From Myxococcales bacterium (GTDB lineage: Bacteria > Myxococcota > Myxococcia > Myxococcales > UBA5297), in contig JASGHK010000008.1 of NCBI GenBank assembly GCA_049841135.1, positions 403,272-467,271 on the forward strand: a stretch of DNA of 64,000 nt, read 5' to 3'. The translations under genes and the position numbers were made by a program. The notes beneath the pieces are model-generated. The model worked only from the letters and a program-made list of their open reading frames with translations. It made no database searches and was not told the origin of the DNA. Below are positions 28,201 to 37,066 of this stretch, in pieces. Positions within the stretch are counted from its first letter, which is position 1. The number at the start of each line of letters is the position of its first letter.

Positions 28201-28633
28201 CCGGGTCGAGGTCGACCATCTTGCGCAGCGTGTCGAGGCTCGCGCGGATGTTGCCGGACTTCTCGTAGTGGTTGGCGACGAGCTGGAACTGCGCCATCGC
28301 GTCGCTCATCAGCCCCAGCTGCTGGTGCAGCTCCGCCAGCTTGAGGTTGACGTCGACGAGGTTGGGGTTGAGCTTGAGGACCTGCTTGTAGACGGCGACG
28401 GCCTTGAGGAAGAAGCCGTCGGCGGCGTAGCTCTCGGCGACCTTCAGGAAGCAGTCTGCGGCGAGGGTGTTGTCGCCCTTCTTCTGGTAGAGCTCGCCAA
28501 GCTTCTGCTGGATACGAGCGTCCTTCGGGTCGACCTCGAGGAGCTTCTGGTACTCCTTGATCGCCTTGTCGTATTGGCCCTTCTGGACGAACTTCGTCGC
28601 GGCCTCGATGATTTTGTTCTTGTCGATCGCCAC
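25225..28633 (-). pseudogene. Large TPR-repeat protein (MshN/FimV-like) with acidic and Lys/Pro-rich low-complexity regions; frameshift near 27036
   Basis: N-terminal TPR block (26492..28633 frame) and C-terminal TPR block (25225..27027 frame). They are joined by deleting one C from the CCCC run at 27035-27038 (...AESFPELVDQEPLVDP...). The repaired protein is about 1136 aa. Confidence 0.6.
26139..26364 (-). repeat. In-gene Lys/Pro/Ala-rich imperfect tandem repeat (PKPEPKAAK...)
   Basis: Repeated ggcttgg/ggcctt units at the DNA level encode KPEPKAAKSEPKAAAKPAAPVKPEAKAAPAKPASKPEPVKPTPKPAPEPEPE. Confidence 0.4.
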
Positions 28634-28785
28634 GATGGAAGGCCACTCACAGTGCGTCGCCCGTTCGCGGTCGGCGAGCGAGAACAGTCAGCTTCCGGCC
28701 TTCCATAGGCCGGGGCTTCTGTCGCGGACGCAGGTGTCTCAGGTTAGCGAAAAGCCGCCGGCGGCGTCAAGAAAACGCATTGGCC

Positions 28786-28830
28786 AAAAAAACCCCGCCT
28801 GTTGGGCACTTAGCCCAATCCAGGCGGGGG
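28786..28830 (-). terminator. Rho-independent terminator downstream of efp
   Basis: On the minus strand: cccccgcctg-[19-nt loop]-caggcgggg followed by a T7 run (plus-strand A run 28786-28792). Confidence 0.55.
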
Positions 28831-28869
28831 TTGGCTCGAGCGCGACCGGGGTCGCCGCCGAGGCGAAAA

Positions 28870-29445
28870 CTAGGCCGTGGCGGTGCGGGTCAGGTACTCG
28901 CCGCTGCGGGTGTCGACACGGATGATGTCGCCCTCGTTGATGAACAGCGGGACCTGGAGGGTGTAGCCGGTCTCGAGCGTGGCGGGCTTCTGGGCGCCGG
29001 AGACGGTGTCGCCGCGGACGCCAGGGTCGCACTTGCTCACGCGCAGCTCCACCGTGTTGGGCGGCGTCACCGCGACCGCCTTGCCCTTGTAGAAGAGGAT
29101 GGAGACGATGAGGTTCTCTTTGAGGAAGTTGCGCGCCTCGCCCAGCTGGTCCTTGGACAGGAAGGTCTGGTCGTAGGTCTTCTGGTCCATGAAGTAGAAG
29201 TCTTCGGTCTGGACGTACAGGAACTGCATCTCCTTCTCTTCGATTTCGGCGCGGATGAACTTCTCACCGGACTTGTAGTTGTATTCGAGCGTGCGTCCGG
29301 AGAGCAGGCTGCGGATCTTGGTGCGCACGAACGCCGAGCCCTTGCCAGGCTTGACGTGCTGGAAGTACACGATCTCGAACGGCTCGTTGTCGATCTCGAT
29401 CTTCAAACCGTTGCGGAACTCGCTGGTATCGACCATGTCGCCCAT
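28870..29445 (-). CDS. efp: Elongation factor P
   Basis: FRNGLKIEIDNEPFEIVYFQHVKPGKGSAFVRTKIRSL...PLFINEGDIIRVDTRSGEY. Full-length match to EF-P. Confidence 0.9.
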   Translation of the reverse strand: MGDMVDTSEFRNGLKIEIDNEPFEIVYFQHVKPGKGSAFVRTKIRSLLSGRTLEYNYKSGEKFIRAEIEEKEMQFLYVQTEDFYFMDQKTYDQTFLSKDQLGEARNFLKENLIVSILFYKGKAVAVTPPNTVELRVSKCDPGVRGDTVSGAQKPATLETGYTLQVPLFINEGDIIRVDTRSGEYLTRTATA

Positions 29446-29538
29446 TGGCTTCGTCTCCTTGTGAGCGCCCTGCCAGCGCCTCGAGGCGTGGGAGCGCGGG
29501 GTTCGTTTCCGTGTCTACCGAGAGAGCGTCGCGTTGCT

Positions 29539-29901
29539 TCAGCCCAGTTCGGCCGTCACCTTCGGGGCTACGATGCGCAGCGCGTAACGGCCCTTGCCGA
29601 AGTTGCCCTCGGGCGCGAGCGCGAGCACGAGGTAGTACTGGGGAGTGAGCGGCCGCACGATGGTGGTGAGCTTGTCGGTGTTGACGACCACCTCGCTCAC
29701 CGTCCCGGCCTGCAGGCCCTGCGCGGTCTCCTTGACCTTGGTGAGGACGGTCCCGTACTCCACGAGCATCGCCTCGAAGTCGACGCCCGGGTCCCTGCTC
29801 GTCTGGGTCTCGACCGCATAGCCGTCGAACCCCATGATGCTGCAGGCGACCGCGCCCTCGACCTGTTTGAGGACACTCTCCAGATGCGCGCTGAAGGACA
29901 T
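29539..29901 (-). CDS. Roadblock/LC7 domain protein (MglB-like)
   Basis: 120 aa from the internal Met (MSFSAHLESVLKQVEGAVACSIMGFDGYAVE...). Roadblock/LC7 fold signature. Confidence 0.65.
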   Translation of the reverse strand: MSFSAHLESVLKQVEGAVACSIMGFDGYAVETQTSRDPGVDFEAMLVEYGTVLTKVKETAQGLQAGTVSEVVVNTDKLTTIVRPLTPQYYLVLALAPEGNFGKGRYALRIVAPKVTAELG

Positions 29902-30014
29902 ACTCGCCTCGGTTCTTCTTTTCCTTGAATGCTGCAGGCGCCGCCTCACCCTCTACGGGCGGGCGGCGCCGTGACACATGAAAGGCTCTAGGTACCCTGC
30001 CCTTGCCTCGCTAG

Positions 30015-30720
30015 TCAACCGGGGCGGTGCAGACGAGCCGAATCGAACCCGTCCTGGCCGAACATGTTGGGACAGGTAGTCAAGCTCGGGATCTGCCCCG
30101 TGCTGCAGGTGTTCAGGGGCGCCGAATAGACGAAAATCGGGTAGCTCAACGTGTCGGTCTCGATAGCTGCGCCAGAGGCAAGCACTCCCTTGAACTTGAT
30201 GCCGACCAGGATGGTGGCGCCTTCGGGCTCCCACAGGGCGAGCTCCTCCGCGACCTCATCGGTGAGCACGCTGAGCGAGAAGTTGCCGTCGCCTCCGGCT
30301 GCGATGTAGCCAAGTTTGGCTTCAGACTTGGCTTGGGGCGGCTTGAACCCCGCGCAGTTCGCGGTGGAATCGCGGCAGGTGTAGGAGTACTGGATTTCCT
30401 TCAAGACGAAGTCGTTGCGCGTCTTGTCCGAAATCACCGTGCCCTGCGTCTGCACCGGGTCTTTGGACATGTTGTTGGTGATCTGGACCACCAATTGGTA
30501 GGTCGGCACGAGCTTGTTGGCAGCCTTGAGCACGTCCGGTGAAACGTTGAGCTCGCCGTCCAGGCTGTAGACGTTCCCCGTGGTCCCATCCCAGCCACAC
30601 GTGTCATTGAGTTTCAGGAAGTAGACTCCCTTGAACTCGAGGCTGGAGCGGTCGGGCACACGAGCTCGACGCGACCACCAACCCCACCAGTGCGGCCGAC
30701 AGCTTGAAGGTGGACTTCAT
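30015..30720 (-). pseudogene. Lipoprotein of unknown function; frameshift near 30655
   Basis: Signal peptide MKSTFKLSAALVGLVVASSSC (30604..30864 frame) joins the 30015..30659 frame by a 1-nt shift. Confidence 0.4.
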
Positions 30721-30746
30721 GGCGTTCCTCGCGTTCCGGGGGGTTC

Positions 30747-33461
30747 TCACTGGATGCCGCCCTCGCTGGCAGCAACCACCTGGTTGCGGTTGACGATGCG
30801 CGGCGTGATGAAGACCAGCAGTTCGGAGCGGTTGTCGAAGGTCTTGCGGTTCTTGAAGAGCCATCCGAGGACGGGGATCTTCGAGAGGACTGGGACCGCC
30901 GTTTCCTGCAAGGACTGCTGTCGGGTGTAGATGCCGCCGATGACCGTGGTGTCGCCGTCCTTCACCAGCACCTGGGTCTGCGCTTCCTTCTTGGCGATGG
31001 CAGGCTGGCCATTGGCGCCGGTGAGGCCCGGGTCCGGCTGGTTGTTGGCGGCATTGATGTTCATCAACACGCTCCCGTCAGCCGTGACGTGCGGGGTGAC
31101 GGTGAGCTCCAGCTTGGCCTCGATGAAGGTCGTGTTCACGCCGGAGGCCGATGCCTGGCTGAACGGGATGGCGAAGCCCTGGCCGATCCTCGCCGTGTTG
31201 TTGTCGAGGGTGGTGATCTTCGGGGCGCTGATGGTCTTGAGCTGGCCGCTGTTCTCGTACGCAGTCAGGCGCAGGTTGAGCATCGCCGCGCCGCCGGCGG
31301 AGCCGAACAGGAAGCCGATGCCACCACCGGACCCCTGACCCGTAGCCGCTGGGAGGTTGACGGCCCAGGGAGCGCCGTTACCCGTGTCTTCCGTGCTGGC
31401 GCCGCCCACACGGATGGCGCTCGGGAAGGCGAGGCCGGTGGGATTGCCGGTCGCCGGCCCGAAGTTGACGGAGCCGCCCCACTGCACGCCGACCTCACGG
31501 GAGATGTTGGAGTTCATCTCGACGATTCGGGCCTCGATGAGGACCTGCGGCGTCTGGGTGTCGAGCTTGCGGACCAGGCCCTCGGCGCGTGCCAGGGCGT
31601 CGAGCACGTCCTTGACGATGATGACGTTCGTCCGGGTGTCGACGCTCATGCTGCCGCGCTCGGAGAGCAGGTCCTTGACCTTGGTGGCCACGTCCGCCGC
31701 GGTCGCGTAGTTGACCGGGATGAGGCGGACCTTGAGGGGCTCCTGGGTCTTGGCCGCCTTGATCATCGCGTCGCGGACCTTGCGCTCCTCCTCGAGCTCC
31801 TTCAGCGGCGCCACGCGGATGATGTTGCCGCTCTCCTCCTTGTCCAGGCCCTTCGACCTCAAGATGATGTCCAGCGCCTGGTCCCACGGCACGTTGCGCA
31901 GGCGGATGGTCACCTTGCCGCTGACGTTGTCGGCGACGACGACGTTGCGCTTCGAGACCTCGGCGATGATGCGCAGCAGGTTGTGGATGTCGATCTCCTT
32001 GAACTCGAAGGAGACGCGGCGCCCGGTGTACTTGGCCTTGCGCGGGGCTCCTGCCTGGGCGTAGCCGGGGGCCTCGGCTGCGAAGCCGCTGGCGCGAGGC
32101 GCCATGGCCTCTTGCTCCACTTCCACCTTCTGGCCGTCGATGACCACCTCGGTCGAGGCAGCGCTGCCCCCGGCGCCGAACGCCCAGGCAAGTTGGCCGT
32201 CTTCGAACGAAACGCGGTCCTCGATGGCCCCGTCGAGCGTCGCCACGATCTGCACGGTCTGAGCCTGACCGGGAGCCGTGAAGGAGCTGACCATCTTCAC
32301 CGGGCCACCAAAAGCCGAGGTGTCGAGGCTGCGCTCGAGCCGCTTGGGGAGCTGGGCGCCGCTCAGGGTGAGCACCGCGGTCCGCGGATCCGGCCGGGCG
32401 ACGTGATACTCCGTGCCCGGCGGAACGCCAATCACGACCTTCCCGGAGGCCTCGTCACCGCGGAAGACGACGTCCTTGACGTTGACGCCCTTCCCCGCCC
32501 TGGTCTCGACCTTGGCGACTTCGGCCTTCTTCGGGGTCGGAGCACTGGCCACCGGGGCCGCGAGCGCGGGGGCGCCCAGCGCCACGACCAGGCCGGACTT
32601 GGCGCGGGTCACCTGGTAGGCCGGCATGCTCTCGTTGGCCTCGATGACGACGCGAACCTTGTCGGCGTGCTTGCCGTAGCGGATCTCCTTGACCGGGGAG
32701 CCCGCCTCGCCCTTCTGCGCCTTCAGCCCCTTCTCGAAGCCGAGCAGGTCGATGGCGAGGCGCGGGGAATCCGAGAGCTCGATGACGTCGAAGGTCCCCA
32801 GCTCGCCGTCGACGGCCAGGTTGACGAGGTACTGGGCGTTCTTCTTCGAGGTCTTCAAGCCATTGAGGCGGTGGGCTGGCTGGACGACGGTCTTCTCGTC
32901 GCGGTGCGAGGTGACGACGTTGGCCTCGTTGGCAGCCGCGGGAGACGGCGGAAGCTGCTTGGCGGGCTCGGCCTTGGCGACCGCAACCACCGCCTCGGCC
33001 CTCTGCGCCTCGGGGGCAGCGACCGGCTCGGCCTTGAGGGCCTCGCCCTTGACCGCGACGAGGTCGGCGTGAGCGCCGCCGGTGACGGCGATCACCACGC
33101 TGTCGCCCACAGCGCGGACGTCGTACCGCGCCTCGTCGGCGATGGCCACGACCACCCGGCCCACCGCCGTCTTGTCGTCGGAGAACTGGGAGACCGCGAC
33201 GCCCGTCACGGGGCCCTTGCCGTCGCGCGGGCCACGGACGGCCGACACGTCGGCGCCGGCGAGGTCGACGACCACCCGAGCGGGATCGGCCAGGCGGAAG
33301 ACGGTGAAGGTCGGAGCGTGGTTGCCCGCGATGACCACCTGGGCGCCCTTCTCGTCCCCGGTGACCTCCAGCCCCTGCACCACGTTGACGGCCGCGGCCT
33401 GTGCCGAGAGCGGCGCGAGCAGGGCGGCCAGGCAGGTGATGAGGCAAGTGCGAGCATTCAT
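30747..33461 (-). CDS. pilQ: Type IV pilus secretin PilQ (AMIN domains plus secretin)
   Basis: Signal peptide MNARTCLITCLAALLAPLSAQA. Repeated AMIN-like N-terminal modules. Secretin C-terminus (NNTARIG..., VPVLSKIPVLGWLFKNRKT...LLVFITPRIV). Confidence 0.85.
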   Translation of the reverse strand: MNARTCLITCLAALLAPLSAQAAAVNVVQGLEVTGDEKGAQVVIAGNHAPTFTVFRLADPARVVVDLAGADVSAVRGPRDGKGPVTGVAVSQFSDDKTAVGRVVVAIADEARYDVRAVGDSVVIAVTGGAHADLVAVKGEALKAEPVAAPEAQRAEAVVAVAKAEPAKQLPPSPAAANEANVVTSHRDEKTVVQPAHRLNGLKTSKKNAQYLVNLAVDGELGTFDVIELSDSPRLAIDLLGFEKGLKAQKGEAGSPVKEIRYGKHADKVRVVIEANESMPAYQVTRAKSGLVVALGAPALAAPVASAPTPKKAEVAKVETRAGKGVNVKDVVFRGDEASGKVVIGVPPGTEYHVARPDPRTAVLTLSGAQLPKRLERSLDTSAFGGPVKMVSSFTAPGQAQTVQIVATLDGAIEDRVSFEDGQLAWAFGAGGSAASTEVVIDGQKVEVEQEAMAPRASGFAAEAPGYAQAGAPRKAKYTGRRVSFEFKEIDIHNLLRIIAEVSKRNVVVADNVSGKVTIRLRNVPWDQALDIILRSKGLDKEESGNIIRVAPLKELEEERKVRDAMIKAAKTQEPLKVRLIPVNYATAADVATKVKDLLSERGSMSVDTRTNVIIVKDVLDALARAEGLVRKLDTQTPQVLIEARIVEMNSNISREVGVQWGGSVNFGPATGNPTGLAFPSAIRVGGASTEDTGNGAPWAVNLPAATGQGSGGGIGFLFGSAGGAAMLNLRLTAYENSGQLKTISAPKITTLDNNTARIGQGFAIPFSQASASGVNTTFIEAKLELTVTPHVTADGSVLMNINAANNQPDPGLTGANGQPAIAKKEAQTQVLVKDGDTTVIGGIYTRQQSLQETAVPVLSKIPVLGWLFKNRKTFDNRSELLVFITPRIVNRNQVVAASEGGIQ

Positions 33462-33526
33462 CGCGGTTTCTCCTTCAGCCTTCCAAGCCCGGTCTGCGGT
33501 GCCTGCCACGTCGAAAGGGTTACGAG

Positions 33527-34097
33527 TCATTCGGAGACCTCGGGCGTGAGGAGGTTCTGGTCTTCCTGCTGGCCCGTCTTCTCGTCGCTGGGCAGCTTGA
33601 TGGGCACCGGGTTGATGTGCGGCTTGCCCATCTGGTCCTTGTAGATCTCGGTCACCACGAGCTCGCCCGCGCGGATCTGGGTCACCTTTCCGTTGCGCTT
33701 GCCGACGAAGGTGCCCCGCCGCACGATGTAGCCCCGGCCGTTGGGGTCCTCGACCATCGCCAACGGGTTGGACACGCCGCTGATGATGGCCACGAGCCGC
33801 AGTTGCTCGAAGCTCCCACTTGCACAGCGGACCGCAGTCCGGCCGGTCAGGCGTCGCGTCGGTGGAGGCCTGCTTCTCGTCCAGCGACGAGCGGAACGGG
33901 TCGCGCTTTCCCACCGGGCTGTACGCGTACTCGATGGTCGGCGCGGCGGCGACCTCGGCTTGCTTGTCGTCTGCCTTCGGCGCCTCCTTCTTGGCCGGCG
34001 CCGGAGCCGGCTTGGGTTGTGCCGCGGGCGCGGGCGCATCCTCGCCACAAGCGGCGAGAGCCAGGAGCGCCACGAGGATGGGAATTCGCACGGACAT
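33527..34097 (-). pseudogene. pilP: Type IV pilus assembly lipoprotein PilP; frameshift near 33832
   Basis: Lipobox LALAACGEDA plus YAYSPVGKRDPFRS in the 34097 frame. PilP core (LRLVAIISGVSNPLAMVEDPNGRGYIVRRGTFVGKRNGKVTQI) lies in the 33527..34048 frame. The two are joined by a 1-nt indel. Confidence 0.6.
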
Positions 34098-34117
34098 GCG
34101 TCACCTCGAAAGGTCGC

Positions 34118-34696
34118 TCACTTCTTCTTGTCGTCCAGGAAGCGGAAGGTCGTCGCCATGTAGCTCGCGCTCAACACCACCTTCTCGGCTCGGCGCGCCG
34201 GGCTCTGGAAGGTGATGCCGCTGATGTTCACGATTCGGCGCAGCTTCGAGACGCTCTCGAAGAAGACCGCGATCTCGTGGTAGTTGCCCGCCACCTGCAT
34301 CTTGATGGGGATGGCGGCGTAGAAGGTCTCGGGCTTCTCCTGCCCGGGCTCGAGCACCACGATCTCCAGGCCGCTCTTCTTGCCCACGTCGTTGAGCTGG
34401 CGCAGCAGCTCTTCGATCTCGGGGTTCCTGGGCAGCTTGGTGAGCGCCTCCGCCAGGCGCCGCTCGAGCACTTCCTTGTCGCGGCGGTACTGGTTGAGGT
34501 TGTCGGCGATGACACGCTTCTTGACCAGCTCGTCGTCCAGGGAGCGCTTCTTGGCGCGGTGCCCTTCGATCTGGGTCGTGAGGTCAGCGACCAGCAGGAA
34601 GTAGTTGCCGGCGGTCACCGCCGCCAGCAGCAGCAGGACCACCACCGCCTTGGTGGCGAGCGGGACCTTGACGAGCTTTTCCAGCAAGTTGTTCAT
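34118..34696 (-). CDS. pilO: Type IV pilus assembly protein PilO
   Basis: Single TM then coiled coil and PilO-like C-terminus. Position between pilN and pilP. Confidence 0.75.
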   Translation of the reverse strand: MNNLLEKLVKVPLATKAVVVLLLLAAVTAGNYFLLVADLTTQIEGHRAKKRSLDDELVKKRVIADNLNQYRRDKEVLERRLAEALTKLPRNPEIEELLRQLNDVGKKSGLEIVVLEPGQEKPETFYAAIPIKMQVAGNYHEIAVFFESVSKLRRIVNISGITFQSPARRAEKVVLSASYMATTFRFLDDKKK

Positions 34697-34708
34697 GGTC
34701 GGCCTCGC

Positions 34709-35371
34709 CTAGATGGTGAAGTTGGCGCTCAGAGACATCGAGAAGCTCACCACCCGGTTCTCGCCCTGCCCCGTCAGCTCGGCCCTCTTGAGCTGGATGT
34801 TGGTGAAGAACTGGCCGATCTGGTCGTTCTTGATGTCGGCGATCTGCCCCGAGGGCGACAGCTCGACCTTGCTCGTCTCGCCCCGGCGGCCCGACTCCAC
34901 CAGCCGGCCCATGCCCTGGGGCGTCCAGACCACGTTGTTCATGGCCTTCATGAACTCCGCCAGGTCGTCGTTCGACACGGCCGAGCCGTCGATGCGCATG
35001 GCGCCGCCGGACTCCTCGAGCTTGATGAGCCACACGTTCTTCGGGATGGAGGTGGCCATCGCGTCGAGCATCTTCACCGGCCCGGTGCGCCCCTTCTCCA
35101 GGGTATCGAGGACCTTGAGCTTCTCCTCGAGCGCCTTGTTCTCCTTCTCGTAGTTCTGCACCTCGCCGATGATGCGGTTGAGGTCGGCGATCTCCTTCTC
35201 GGTCCGCTGGACCTCGACGCGTTCGCGCTCTTCTTGCTGGGAGGTCTGGGAGTACCACCACCAGTTGCCGCCGATGCCCAGGGCAAGGGCCACCACGAAC
35301 AGGAACAGTTGCTTCTGTCCCGACTCGCGCTTCTTGGCTGCCTTGACCGGCAATAGGTTGATGCGAATCAT
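34709..35371 (-). CDS. pilN: Type IV pilus assembly protein PilN
   Basis: MIRINLLPVKAAKKRE... is a canonical PilN N-terminus plus TM segment. Confidence 0.75.
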   Translation of the reverse strand: MIRINLLPVKAAKKRESGQKQLFLFVVALALGIGGNWWWYSQTSQQEERERVEVQRTEKEIADLNRIIGEVQNYEKENKALEEKLKVLDTLEKGRTGPVKMLDAMATSIPKNVWLIKLEESGGAMRIDGSAVSNDDLAEFMKAMNNVVWTPQGMGRLVESGRRGETSKVELSPSGQIADIKNDQIGQFFTNIQLKRAELTGQGENRVVSFSMSLSANFTI

Positions 35372-35422
35372 CGCGTGCCCCTTGGGCTGGACTGCGTGCC
35401 TACGCGCCCTGCTGCTCCACGA

Positions 35423-36496
35423 TTACTTGTCGCCCGGCCGACGCAGCGCCAGGCCCACGCTCACCGCCGCCATCGGGGCGATGTCCATGATGTGGGCCGG
35501 GTCGAAGCGGCGGTTGTCGATCTCGATGTTCTTGAACGGGTTGAGGATCTCGACCGGCACGCCCACCCGCTGCTCGATGGTCTTGAAGAGCGCTGGGATC
35601 TTGGCGGTGCCACCCGAGAGGAGCACCTTGGCGAAGTGGCTGTCGGCGGCGGTCGAGGCGTAGAAGTCGAGGGAGCGCTGGATTTCGCCGGCCATCTGCT
35701 CGGCCACCGAGCCCAGGACGCGCTCCACCTCTTGCGGGACGACGGAGTCGGCGTCGGCGCGGTTGCCGCCGATCTTGAGAGCCTCGGCCTCGTCGTAGGA
35801 GACGTTGAGCTGCTTCTGGATCTCTTCGGTGAACTGGTTGCCGCCGATGGTCACGTCGCGGGTGAAGGTCGTCACGCCGTTCGCCAGGATGTTGATGTTG
35901 ACGACCGACGCGCCCGCGTTGATGAGGACGATGGTGTCGCCCTTGGGCATGTCGTAGTTCGCCTCGTAGCAGTTCTGCACCGCGAAGGCGTCGACGTCGA
36001 CGATGACCGGGGCGAGGCCCGCCTCGGTGACGACCGAGGTGTAGTCGTTGATCATGTCCTTCTTGGCCGCGACCAGGAGGACGTCCATCTGCCCGGCCTG
36101 ATCGTTGCCCGTCGAGAGCGGGAACGTGTCGATGTTCACGTCCTTGACGTCGAAGGGGATGTACTGCTCGGCCTCCCACTGGATGGACTCGTCGAGCTCC
36201 TCCTGGGTCATCCGGGGCAGCGAGATCTTCTTGATGATGACGGAGTGGCCCGACACGCCGATGGCCACTTCCTTGTGCTTGATCTTCAGCTCCGCGACGA
36301 GCTCCTGGACCGCCTGGACGATGGCGGTGGAGTTCATCAGGGCGCCGTCGACGATCGCTTCGGGCGGCAGCGGCTTGGAGCCGAAGGCCTGGAGCTGGTA
36401 GGCGGTCGCACCGCGGCGGCGGACCTCCTTGAGCTGAACCAGCTTGACGCCACTCGATCCGATGTCGAGGCCGAGTGCGAGCTTTGCCTTGGCCAT
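35423..36496 (-). CDS. pilM: Type IV pilus assembly ATPase-fold protein PilM
   Basis: Actin/FtsA-like fold (LGLDIGSSGVKLVQL...). Conserved PilM length (357 aa) and synteny. Confidence 0.85.
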   Translation of the reverse strand: MAKAKLALGLDIGSSGVKLVQLKEVRRRGATAYQLQAFGSKPLPPEAIVDGALMNSTAIVQAVQELVAELKIKHKEVAIGVSGHSVIIKKISLPRMTQEELDESIQWEAEQYIPFDVKDVNIDTFPLSTGNDQAGQMDVLLVAAKKDMINDYTSVVTEAGLAPVIVDVDAFAVQNCYEANYDMPKGDTIVLINAGASVVNINILANGVTTFTRDVTIGGNQFTEEIQKQLNVSYDEAEALKIGGNRADADSVVPQEVERVLGSVAEQMAGEIQRSLDFYASTAADSHFAKVLLSGGTAKIPALFKTIEQRVGVPVEILNPFKNIEIDNRRFDPAHIMDIAPMAAVSVGLALRRPGDK

Positions 36497-36603
36497 CTAA
36501 GAAGCCCTCCAGCGAGGGGGAGAGAGCCGCTGCTGCCTCGAAAACCGGCTCCCATCAGTGAGGCGCTTGGAGCGTAGCATCAGAATTCCGACCCTCAAAA
36601 AAT

Positions 36604-36843
36604 TCAGCCCTTCTTCACCGACTCCCTGGTCGCAGCGTCCTCGAACACCTTGTCCTTCTCGGAGACCTTCATCCCCAGCGCGAGGATGATCTTGCGCTTG
36701 GTGTCGAGCCGGCAGCTCTCACCGCGCTCGACCCGGTCGATCGTCAGGACCGAGACACCGGCGCGACGGGCGAGCTCGGCCTTGGAGAGGAGCTGGTCCT
36801 CGCGGAGCTTCTGCACGTTGTTGGAGGGCTTGTGCTCGGGCAT
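36604..36843 (-). CDS. XRE-family helix-turn-helix transcriptional regulator
   Basis: LSKAELARRAGVSVLTIDRVERGE is a classic HTH_3 motif. 79 aa. Confidence 0.7.
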   Translation of the reverse strand: MPEHKPSNNVQKLREDQLLSKAELARRAGVSVLTIDRVERGESCRLDTKRKIILALGMKVSEKDKVFEDAATRESVKKG

Positions 36844-37066
36844 GTTCTCCCCGTCTTTGGCCGCGGCGCGGCTTGGTTCCGTTCCCCTACCCCTGCCCAG
36901 ACCTTCGAAGGATAGTCGTCTGCTCGAAGGGGTGTCAAGAAGACGAACCCTAAGTTGCAGTCATTTATGCGTCATTGATGTGAAATTATACTGCTTATTG
37001 TAGAGCCCTTGCGGGCATCCACGAGATCTTGTGGTGGTGGCCGAGGGCGGTCTCGGGACGCGGTGT

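Noticed and set aside
31089-33644. 851-aa plus-strand ORF and 330-aa ORF 32455..33447 within pilQ
   Set aside because: They lie antisense or in an alternate frame of a well-supported secretin gene. Composition looks like GC-rich noise.
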